From positions 192,145,741 through 192,209,740 of the forward strand of contig CM041465.1 of assembly GCA_023213395.1 (NCBI GenBank): a stretch of DNA of 64,000 nt, given 5' to 3'. The stretch is from Cycas panzhihuaensis. Lineage: Eukaryota > Plantae > Cycadophyta. Below, piece after piece: positions 41,410-53,599 of this stretch; the stretch's first letter is position 1; every line of letters starts with the position of its first letter. Under the pieces are notes generated by a model that saw only the letters and a program-made list of their open reading frames with translations, had not been told where the DNA came from and did no database searches. The position numbers and the translations under genes were made by a program.

Positions 41410-42970
41410 GACTTGATTACTGCATGTGACCTGTAGTCTATTCGATAAAGGGGCTATAAGACAATAAATTTAAGTATGAACTCTAATTGTATTAATGAAA
41501 TAATTTCACCATGATTATGTCTACTTCTCAAACTTGAATTGGGAACTTTAGTTTGTGAAGACTATGGATCGCCTATGCTATAAAAGCACCTCCCCACAAT
41601 TGCATCTGAAATTATTATGCAAGCATTAGTGCGTGGACCAAACTATATGTTGGGATTGAGTATGCAACTCCATTAGTAATATAGAGGTGATGCAATAGAA
41701 AAAGCATGAAGTTGTAAATACACAGTCGCATATCTACATCAAAAAAAAAGAAGAAAAGGAATGTGTAGTCGATGCAATGATATTAAATTTGTTTTAACCT
41801 TTATACAAAGCAAAGTGTGTTGCCACAAATATAGTAAAAAATATCTAAATTTATAAGGAACAACAAAGGTGCAATATAAATATGTGCGCAATAATATATT
41901 AACCTTGTCGGTAGTGTTGCGTGAAATATCTCTCTTTCTTCAAAGTCTAAACATTTGAAAATTTTTAACTGTAAAGTATAGAAAAAAGGCATGCAAGAAA
42001 GTCATAACAATCTTGTATACACAATGTCATTTACATGATAAAGTGGCATTACTAAACTTGATTGCCAAAAATAGTAGACGTCGTACGAGTGAATCAATGT
42101 AAGGTGGCTCTGTGAATATGCTCTTGATTGATCTGGTCTTGAATTGACTGTAAGGAGGATCAACTCAACGATGACCAAAGGCCAGTGAATGCAAGATAAG
42201 TGACTGGCCAAGGCAATTATGGAGTGTTCACAACGTACAAATGTAGACTGTAAATACCTCTGCAACTTGACGTGATAATTAGATGTGTTAAGCACAAGAC
42301 CAGATGATAGGTAAGAGTCATGAGCAGTGAAGTCGATTAAGATGATAAAGATGCAAATGCTAATTATTCTTGTTGTATTGATGGGTATATGTTGAATGTG
42401 AACAATAATTTTAACGAAAGGTGAAGCGATGCATATACAGATATTTGGTGGGGTTGTTATATGAGAGACAAACATGAGCGATCACACAAAGACAAGGTGC
42501 AATAATAATGAGATATAGTCACAAATGATAATAAATCAGCCATAAGGATGCAAGGGAAGGCTATGGCTGGCTTTAATGTGATTATAATTACTTTGAATGA
42601 CTTAGAAAAATATGTAGAAATAGTAGCATGTGATGGAGATTCTTCCGTAAGAATACACAACACACGGATAAGAATGAAATAGGGATTACCAAATGTGTCA
42701 TGGTGATGGAAGACTGTTGAGCCAAATACAATCATTAGTTGTGCAATAGACTCTTGAAGATATAGTTCTACGATTGTTCCCAATAAAGGATTAACTACAA
42801 GATTGAAGAGCTTGCACAAAGGTGAGATCATCTTCACAGGCTAGATGAAATGTAAACAACATGCAATGGAAGGAACTTCCTTCAATAAAACCCTGATAGA
42901 TATAAATAAATGATTAGAAAAGAGTGGAGAATATTAATTAATAAATTAAATATATCGATACATGTGATAC
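41410..42970. other. Unexplained CpG-richer ~1.5-kb block inside the Copia family 3 leader, containing three short minus-strand ORFs of no recognisable family
   Basis: About 22 CpG in ~1.55 kb vs about 10 in the preceding 3.9 kb (hand counts); ORFs 42457-42837, 42002-42475, 41801-41992. Boundaries approximate. Confidence 0.45.
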
Positions 42971-44433
42971 ACTCCTTCATAGCTTTGAATGAGACTCTTG
43001 ACAACTTCTCTATCTTTCGGGCTCTAAACAATTACTTCTACAACTTGGGTATGCCTGAACTAAACTCTAAATTCTTGAACTAAGAAGCTCTATGCCAAAT
43101 GATGAAATTAGGATATAGAGGGAACATAGAGAATGCATGAGAGAGTTAACCATCAATCTAATAGAGTGGTGGTGTTTATGAACACTAGGATCTTCGAATC
43201 CCATGAATAAATAGATGGGATGTAAGTAGGATGTGGTACACCACTCAATATCTACCATTGATTGGTGCAGATAAATGTTGGAATAAATACTGTCAATATC
43301 TGATAAAGTGTAGCTAAGTGCAGCTAGGGTCTAACATAGAACTGCCATGATATCTTTGTTAATATCTAGGTTATCACCCCAATATTGGTAATCAACCCTA
43401 GGTGGATATGAGGCTCAATGGGTATTATTCCAACAAAAGTAACATTCATTAAGTAGATGAAAACTTAATGAAGAAAATATTCACTATCATGCAAGAAACT
43501 CTACAATAAAAATACAAGTAGATAAGACTAACTTATAGAATTCTTCTATAATATTTATGATGATATGTACATCATAAGAACTACAAATCTAAACCCTTAA
43601 GTTTAGTGCTAAAAATTCTCTTGTGACTAGTATTTCTGCTTTGTATTTTTATAGGAGTTTATCCATTGCTTCCTTAATCACTATTTGTATTAGTTCTACT
43701 TCCTTTTTCCCATACAAAAAAATAGAATTCTAAAAAGAGCTCAATTACAATAATAGTCCTCTTATCTTATTCCCCGTTGTAACTCTTCCTTCTCTAAAAT
43801 TATGAATCTTCATCACTTCAAAAGAATTCTTCCATGTTTATATTTTAATTTTAAGAAATTATCCTCATCATCTTCAAAGAATTCTCACCACTTATTTTTA
43901 AAGGAATTTACCCCTCCTTATTTAAGAAATTATCTTTGCTATCTTTTTTTTTAAGACAATGATTGTGATTATAACTCTAAATCTTCTTCATCCACTTACC
44001 ACAACCAATCTAGTGGTTGTAATAATGATGATTATACCTAGCTCTAAATCTTTGTGATGTGTTATGATATTGAATCACCTCTTAATTTTTAGATGCCTAT
44101 TGCTTTAGATAGCTTGAAATCTAAATTCCTCTCCTCTATAAATTTGTATTTGAATAATTATGAAATACAACATGAAAACATAATTTTAATAGAGACCTTT
44201 ACTTTTATAAATTGCCTCGTTCCTTGTCCCTTTGTCATAAATGCCTAGTTAATTGTATATCTCTCAATTTTTTATTTTCTCACTAAATCTCTTTCGATGG
44301 GTAACCTTGAATTTGTGTGAAGTATGGGCTTTTTGGATATTAGCAAGGAATGTGAAATAAAAGGGGAGGAAACGAGGACCCACCACTTGAAATCATGTGT
44401 TTATGCTTTCTTCATATTTTAGTTGAATAAAGT

Positions 44434-47400
44434 TATTAAATTGTTTGTAATAACTTATGTGGAAGTGTGTAATCAAGTAAGATATAATATAACCGCAACC
44501 ACATGATTAATTGAGTATATAATGATCATAATAAATAAAAAGGATAAGGACACAAGAGTCAATAATGCAACCATCATACGTATACCATGTTTAACATGGA
44601 AAACATATGAATGGGAAAAACTATCTCAAGGTGATCTAATTTTCTTCACAATAAACATTGCCTTTATATAATATGTAACCTTATTAACATCTAATCACAT
44701 TTCATCATTATGTTAACCAATCTAATCATGTGTGTCGAAACTCTTCATATCAACCGATGATAACTTTGGCATATTAATTAAACATTACATTAACATTGGT
44801 GAAAACAAATATTATAATGCTCTAACACTCCCCCTTAATGTTTAATTTATGGATTTTTAATTATCTTCATTTTGTATCTTCATGTTGGATCACTTGCTTA
44901 TTTGTATCCTCATGTCACCTATATCACATATAAATCAGTCTATTAAATTGTGTCTTCATTATGCTTATCTCTTACAAGTAAAACCTGCTATGTCATAACC
45001 ATATCACATCATATCAACTACCTATAAACCATCAATCAATCATCAAACAACTATAATTCATGACTTTCAACTCATCATGATATATGGAATCTTTCTTATT
45101 AACTTTATATCTCCACTTACAAGTTGTAGATAAAAGTTATCAAATTATCAACAAACCAATTCACTAATGTCTATATAAAACAATAACTATCCACAAAAAT
45201 GCATGGATAACCAAAAATTGTAATAATTAGTTATTTAGAAATTGTTTCTATCACATGGTTCATTAGCTTCATAAAAAAGAAAAAAACATATTATTGTTAT
45301 TCAAATGTGTTGCATAAGACTGCCTTGTGACTTGCCTTTTACCTACAAGATATATATAAGATGCCTCTATCAATAATTCTGCATATACCTATAACTTTAT
45401 TAGTAACTAATCTCGTCAATCTCAATTTTCAACTTTCCAACCAGCTAACTCTAGGAATAGGGTATACCACATGGCTTATCAAACTAGTTATAACAAGGTA
45501 ACATGCATTAATATATTTCTATGCATCTTGTCATACATGGAGATTAGATTTTTAATTAAAAAACACATATTAACTAGATTCCTCAATAGTTGAACCTAGT
45601 TTTATGGATAACACATAACCATTATTGCCAATTTCAAAATATGAGACTTCTCCACATCTCATATCAGGTGGGTGAACTTAAACTCAACATTACAAGCTCT
45701 CAAATAATAGCTCATTCTCCAAACTTTCATCCAAAAAACCTCAATCTACATTCTCAAAACCAGTAATATGCCTCTCAAATTCTTAATCAATAGGTGATGT
45801 CTTTCATTAAACTATGTAATCAAAGTAGGTGATTATATTATTATTTCATTAATTTGTTTCAAATTCACTTCATTAATGGTAGTTACAATATGAGATCAAA
45901 TGTGTTCATGCACTTAAGGGATCTTGATTTTTACACTAGCATATATTTATCTCTTAAATAGGTTTTCACTTGCTTCACTTTGAATTTGAGACATAAAATA
46001 TTATAAATAAGCCTTAAATGTCTCATTTTATCATTTTTTAACCAACCAAGTGTCCAAAAAATATTCAAGCATTTATTTGTGTCAACATAATCTTAGAAGC
46101 ATTTAAAATCTTAAAAAAATGGCAAACCATAACTCAAACTACTTAAAAAGTGTAATTTTAAATATTCCAAAAATAACTTGTTCAACTTTACTGATTAAAA
46201 TCTTTATCATTTGAGCTTTACACCATGCCTTATGTCTAGTTATTATGTTTGTCTCTTAGTCTTCTTTATAAAACAACTATCAACACTAAAATTTGACTTT
46301 ATACAGAAAATTTATGCCTAAAACTGTAACAACATGTCATTAAAAAAGACCACAACAAGGTAAAAAAATAATTAAACACCTTGTTATTTAGCTACTAGTC
46401 GTGTGTTGAGCTCTATATGACCACCTGTCTTTGTTAAGGGGGCTTAACCAAACTTCACAAAAAAATTTAATTGAGTTAAATTCATGTTCAACTTTGTAAA
46501 ATCAAATATTTCATCAAAAAAAAAATTGTAGTTAGTTGTTCATAAATTTCTTGGGATTTGATTTTCTACATTTAATTAAGTGACTACAATTTGGATTTTT
46601 AACTATTGTGAGGTGAATTTTAGTAGAAATATTCTTCAATTCCATAAATGATGGCACTATTCAGTCATATCTACGTTTTTCTCCATTTTTCTCAAGTATA
46701 AGTGGTAGAATTTAGCAATTATTCATGGTTCATCTGTAATTGTTTTGCTTTTAACTATGATATGCAATGGGCTCAAATTTAATTCAAATTATGGTGATAA
46801 AAAAGTAGCATTAAGCTTAATAGGCATATGTTTTATTTATTGGCTAGGCTACAATCTTCTACACATCCTCTAGATCTTTGATTCATTGAGCATTGCCTCT
46901 ATAGGTTTAAACTTACTATCATCACCATAAGACACTGCACTATTCTATGTGTTACAATTGTATTTGTATTGATGTATCTAACTCCCAAAATCCATGCTAT
47001 CAATATGTTTATTAAAGGCAGCATGGAAATATCTTCCAACTATTCTTTAAACCACTAAACTATATTTGAGACTCCTTCATCCCATTGACCTATGGTAACC
47101 TTGATATAATCTCTCGATGATCTATAAAACATTAAAATTTTCATGAAAACCCTTATAACAATTTTTACAACACACTTAATATCACTAAATAAATATATAC
47201 CTTAATAGTCATAATCACTGTCACAATATGCATATATAATTAGCCTCATTTTACAATATTCTCTTCTCAAGTACAAAAACTCTAGTTTCATTCCTCCAAC
47301 ATACTTTAGTATCAAATTATCGTGCCCAGCTTACCTTCATTTTATTTTTGTAATCATGCCATAAAATTTTAAATGCAAACCTTAATCTGATTCATCATTA

Positions 47401-48515
47401 TTTTTTCTCATATAAATACCTATCAACTTTCAAATCTTATAATGCAACATATTTAATGGTGAATAATCACATCAAAATATGAAGGAAATGTCTTGATATG
47501 GCATTGAATCCCTATTGGGATGCTCACAACAACTTCTACAAGATTGAACTAATCTAATGCATAAAGTTTGCAACTATATATGTCTCTTGTACCAACTCTT
47601 TCTCACTTCAACAAGTTGTGCATCCCTATTTCAATATCTTCAAGTATCATACAACCTTCTCCATATCATTGTGAACTCCATAAAACTTGCATATCTTGAG
47701 TATAATCCTACATACATAAATAATTGTCTAGACAAATAAAATAATCAAATTCTCACCATTGTTTTTTATTTCAACTTTAGTAATATATGATCTTGCCTCT
47801 GTAAGTGGTCACATCTCCTTATTAGCACACTAGTTTCTGGCCCACCAAATCTTCTTTAATACTAGCTCTTGTATTGGGTCATATTGGCTCTTTCACTAGA
47901 TTAATACTAACTCAATCAACATATGTATGGATCATCCTTAAATGACAAAAATTGCCATAATGTGTGTGTTATCTTTAACTTGCCCTATTTAATGTCTCAC
48001 CAAGATCTTCACCTATGCTTTGTACTTCATCTTAGCTCTCAACCTCTTGATCTAATACCATGTTAAATTTTCTATAATGACTTGTGTAAAATTATGTGAT
48101 TAAGATCTAATATAAACATAATCACATGATCAATTAAGTATATAATGAGCATAAGAAATAAAAAGGATAAGGGAATAAGAGTCAATAGTATAAACATCAT
48201 ATGTACACGATGTTTAATGTGGAAAACCATAAATAGGAAAAATCATCTCCAAATATTTATGACATTTCATACTAAGAAGAATAATTAAATATCCATCCTA
48301 GCCTTACTAGGAGGATTAGGTGATTTGATTTCTTTAAAACAAATATTGCCCTTATATAATACATAACTTCATCAACATCTAATTAAATTTCACCATTATA
48401 TCAACTAATCTAATCATGTATGTAGGAACCTTTCATATTGATCAATGATAACCTTGGTATATTAATTAAACATTAAATCGATATTAGTGAAAACTAATAT
48501 TCTAACACTTTGACA
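44434..48515 (-). mobile_element. Non-autonomous or extremely decayed LTR element C (~3.2-kb interior)
   Basis: LTRs 44434-44827 and 48061-48515; PPT ctccccctt at 44828; PBS gatctaatacca 48049-48060; TSD aaagt/gaagt; no pol motifs recognised. Confidence 0.85.
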
Positions 48516-49099
48516 GAAGTTTTGCAACCTCTCATCCTTGTTAACCTTTTCATCTATTGCAAAACTACAAAGTTGGATGCCTAGGCCCACTGCTTAAAAT
48601 CTTGCCTTAGCTCATCTTTGTACTTTACTTTGTAGTTTCTCATGCCATTAGACCCTTTCTTTCATTTATGAAAGCGTAAACTCCAAAACCTAGGCCCATT
48701 GTTTGTAGTTATTTTCCTCTTCATTGATCCCATAACATTACTGATAATCAAACATCTAAAGACCACAAAGATACAAATCTATCAAAATTATGAAACTACA
48801 AAATATGACCACTTGGAACTTTTTTACTTTCCTTTAATTCATCTTTACTTTGTTAACCCCACAACATTATGATTAGTGACCAAACATTTTAAAACTATGA
48901 AGTCAAGATTTTGTGATTTTGTGAAATTATAGAATACCACCGCTTTGAAACTTTGGAGGATTTTCACCACATTGCATATTATTGATAAAACCTATACTCT
49001 TTGATTTGATATAGAGGACTTTTCATGCCTTCTAATCTTTTATACTTCACCATGTTGTAGGGGATTACATAACCAAGCCTTGACCCAATGTCCTTTTAG

Positions 49100-52000
49100 G
49101 ACTTGAGGCTAACGTATCAAAATAAAAGTAGGCAAAATAATGCTTCCTCAACCCCTTCCCATGAAAAATTATAATTTCTTTATAAGTGCAGATCTCATAG
49201 GGACATGGAATATAAACTTGTTTTTATGATTCTAGCTCTCCATCTATGTTAACCGAAGCATCCTAAGGCTGGTGTAGGGGGGTTCATTATGCTTTAAGCC
49301 CTATGAAATCGTCTGTAGGTCTCTATATGTAAATTGTTCTTACACTATTTCTTAGCATTAAAATCTATGAGGTTAGAATTAGTAGATCCTTCTCTGGTTA
49401 CCCTAAAATGGGGTAGCAAGCTCCCCAACCTTCACTAAGTTTGGGCTAGAAGCAAATTCATTATCTAGATACCCTCTATAATTACATTATGAAACATTTC
49501 TTTAAGTATATTAACAATGACTTTAGGGTCTTTATCAAATAATGGCAACACATTATTGATGCTCTATATTATTCCCTTCAAGTCTTTAACTTGGAGTATA
49601 CCCATTTCTAACCATTAAATCACTTGTATTAATGGGATTACCAACTAGAGTTGTTTTGCTAAAATTTTCAACAACCCCAACATTCACATAATATTTTCTC
49701 TAAAAATGTTGTTAAATAAAATTTAGGATTCTAATATAGGTGTTGGCTTGGGGAATGTAGGGGCTAGCCTTAGAGATTCTATAGCCTCATTTTGGTTAGG
49801 CAACTCGTTCCTACTATACACATTTTATATCTCAGATTGTGTTAGTGAGTGTACTTGGTTTCTTCTTTGTTAGTTGTTGCTTCCAAGGATCTTTTAGCTT
49901 CAGTAAGATAATCTATTTCTATCTTGAGGTTTGGATAATCTATATCCCATTCCTTAATTATATATTTAGGGTGCTTCTAATATAAAGATTTACTGACTTA
50001 GGTAGATCCAGTACCACTGATATAACATTCAATGGATACCTATCCTTTGGATGATTACATAACTTGTAATTAACACAAACATGGGTGTTATTATCCCCTA
50101 TTTTCTCATATAAACATTCTAATCTCTAATGCCCAAAATCCAAATAGAATAGACATCTCTTCACTAACTTTCTCTTCTTTTGTGGATCTAACATAATTTT
50201 CATTGGATAATGAGATCTTGTCTCTTCTCTTATTTGGCTTCTATCTCCTCTGTTATGATATGCATTATACTAACATTCTTGCAAGTTGTAGGTCATGATA
50301 CACAAATGGAATACCATGTATCCTCTATGATGGACCTCATTCATCAACTACTAGTTGGCTTACCCTCTATTTCTATAATTTTCTCCATTAATTATAACTT
50401 TAGTCATGTTATTTCTTCTCTTAATACTTCTCCTTCAAGGGTATCTTCCTTTGTAATTACCTTGTAAGCATTTTTTGCACAATGTTATTTATTTCCTTAT
50501 GCATAATTTTTAATGTGTTATCTTAAGTCCATTTCCTTTCAAACTCTATAAAGTGTTGTTTCATGGACGCTTCCAATTTAAGTTACAACCACTTGGATCA
50601 TTGATTTGTTATTTTTCAACTTCTAGAACCTTTCTTGAAACTTGGTGGCAATTGTTTCCCATGCATTTCTGGCATGTAACTCCTTATATTATACCAACAT
50701 AACACCTCATAGGGTATAAGAAAACCTTCTATTAATATCCTTTTCACTCTTAATGCTCCTAAATTCTATCATGTTCATAAATATGCATAAATATTCTACT
50801 AGATCTAAAGTGCCATTAAAGATAAGGTGGTTGAAGGCACTCTCATTATGATAACCTATTAAAGCCACCATCATTGGTGATGGGGTGACATAAGGTGTAT
50901 TCACAATTGTCATGCTACTAAGCTATAATAACAATCATGGATTGAGTAATACCTTTTCAATAGGTTGTTATAGCTTCTTTAACTGCATTGTTGTCTTTAT
51001 ACTTACAATTTGGATTGTTAATGGTTTATAGATTAAAAATGTATCATCTCTTGGATTTAGCAGTATATCAAATAGTTTCCATATAAAATAGTTCTCCTAG
51101 GATTCCACAAGATCTTTCTCAACCTTCTCATCATTTTCTCTCATGCTCTTCAAGCTATCCTCCAAAGTAGATTTTTTTTTACTACTATCAGTATCTTGTT
51201 AGGGTTGAATATGTTGGTCTTTTTTATTTTTAGGGTTGTTTCTACTACTACTATGTCTCTTTCACTATCAATAATTAGTGGTGTCAATGCACTGCTAACC
51301 TCATTGAACTCTACTTTCCTTAGTCTAATGTATTACTCTTTGTTAATTATACTTTAGAATTTCCTTGCTTAAAGGCTTTTAAGGTAGCATTGCAAGGTCC
51401 CCTAGTTATTATGGTTTAGTTAGAAGCCAATATCACACTAACAACTAAGGTTATTTAGTTTTCAGGCATGCAATCTCACCCCTTCATGGACCAAGGCCCT
51501 TCTTACATAGGAATTTTAGCAATGGAACCAAAGCTAACTAATAGTTCAACATACCAATCATCCCAAAATTACTCATTTATAATCTAGTTATATATCCTCA
51601 TTACCTTGATCTTGGTCTCTCCATAATGTCAAGCACCATGTACCTTATAGGCTTGTTAATATAAATTAACACTCATATACACATAGATTGAACATATAGG
51701 AAACACTTATACAACAATACTCATAAATGGATTACAAGTTTTCCACATAACTCTATATTTCATTAATCAATAGTTAGTTTACATGCTTTGGGATACTTCA
51801 CTTATAGGTATGCTTGTTTTCTTAGATTTTGCATTGAAACGAGTGTGAGAATACCCTATTTATACCTAATTTATAATTTTTTTTCGCCTTAAGGCCACAA
51901 CCATTATAAATGTCTTTTACCTTTTTATAATAAAACCTAATTACAAGTTGTTAACTATGTTGCTTCTGTACATTTATATATTTGTATGATTATATGATTA
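49100..52000 (-). mobile_element. Old Ty3/Gypsy-like remnant (LTR/leader + gag)
   Basis: GYHNESAFNHLIFNGTLDLVEYLCIF..RSIKSEKDINRRFSYTL (50707-50913); CCHC-like knuckles ~50030-50325; TATA-like gtataaataggg (minus, ~51855). Boundaries approximate. Confidence 0.6.
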
Positions 52001-53399
52001 TTTTTTTCGTTGTTGTTGAGCTAGAAAAAAATAACTCTCTCTTAATTGTTCTCATTCTACAATACACTAGTGACTACTTTTCAAGAGTTGAAACCTAGAT
52101 TATGTTTCCCATAATTTTCCTTGATCATTCTCATTATCCCACTATTAGGGTTATTCTAGAGGCATTCCTAATTATTCTTAGTGTTTGTATGCCAAATATT
52201 TTGTATATATATTTTAAGGCTGACCTTAACTTAAAATAGTATATGATTTTGATGTGCACCTATATACAATGAGTGGATGGGTCATTTGAAAGAATTAATT
52301 GTAGAAGACATTCTATTATCTTATATATGCTTTGTAATAGAGATAAATGATATTATTAGATACTATTTTACCATATTATGAAATTATCACATTTGTTATT
52401 ATTCCTTTCCTTTGTGTATTGCTATATTTATTATCATTTCAATACTTCTTTTTTCAAGACAATTTGGGATAATTTATAATATTCTATTACTTCTAATTTT
52501 TTATAATTAATGGTTCTCAAGTACTTATATTATTATATATTTATAAAATATGTATGCAACGTCAAAGGTTTGCCATATATTCCCACGTAGCCTCACAGGA
52601 CTCATAGGAGAATACACCTATATAAGGAAGTTTCTCATTAATCACCACATGTAGAGCATTAGACAAGTCATCAAGCTTTAATAAAGCCTCACATCTTTCT
52701 CTTCATAAGGTAGTAAGTTTGACAAGCATAACTTGAAGGCACTCTTAGAGGAAAACTTCCATGGCATGGATTGACTCTTAGTCTTAGAAGAGTTTATTGT
52801 AATGATTGAAAAATTCACTAGTAATATCCTCCTTAAACATAAGGTTACCTTTATCCATTTTTAGATAAAGAATTTCTTGTAAAGAATGCTTATGCCTCAA
52901 TGCTTAAAAAGAAAAAACTTCAAACACTCGCCATGCTTTCTAATCTAATAAGAGCTTAATAGAGTTTAGATAATCTAAATTCATGGGTAAGTTGGGTTTC
53001 TTGGTCTTAAAGAGTTTCATCAAAAGGGTTCTACTTAAGAAAGCACCTCATATAAATATGTTTATTACTATTTTCCCTCCTAAATATTATCCTAATAAGA
53101 GTCACTTGTTTGTAATACAACTTTAAGAAGAAAGAAGTTCTATTTATGGCCCCTTCCCACCAAGTAATCCACCATAAGTTCGATAAGGAGAATAGCGAAA
53201 GGAGCCAAATTTAATGTATGCTTTTGCAACAAATCATGTTAAAAATGCGAAACATGATAAGCTTAAAAGATGATTTCTAACTAGCTTTCTTGCATCCCCC
53301 AAGAAAGGACTAAGGAGAATGGGAAGTGATAAAACAAGGTAAAATTATACAAGACTTTAATGATCCTACCATCCTCTGGTAATGATCAAGTATTTATGG

Positions 53400-53530
53400 A
53401 ATGTTTCGTAGCTATATCTAGTAACTTAATTACCACTTTTTTTGTGGATGTTAAGATCGCAAACACTTATCTAATGCAAGGAGAAATCACAATGACATTG
53501 CAAGATTTTCAATTACTTTACATTCATGCT
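53400..53530 (+). pseudogene. Plant mobile domain (PMD, MAIN/MAIL-type) fragment
   Basis: NLITTFFVDVKIANTYLMQGEITMTLQDFQLL resembles the PMD motif LITAxVERW..ETxTFHLPxGEMTITLQDV. Confidence 0.5.
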
Positions 53531-53599
53531 TGTGGACTGTGTGTATAAAGAAATTAGCTCTAGGACACTTGGGAACAATTAAGGACATTTCTAGGAATG

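Larger units (their letters stand above)
32921..43435 (-). mobile_element. Old Ty1/Copia element, family 3, with nested insertion and enlarged leader
   Basis: LTRs 32921-33235 and 43100-43435; TSD AAAGT (32916-32920/43436-43440); degenerate PBS gctctatgcca 43087-43097; PPT after 33235; RH/RT 33290-34160 resumes at 37526; IN ~38300-39100; gag start ~40734. Confidence 0.9.

Noticed and set aside
48728-48955. Degenerate ~130-bp duplication
   Set aside because: Highly decayed and typical of old TE non-coding sub-repeats; no further structure seen.
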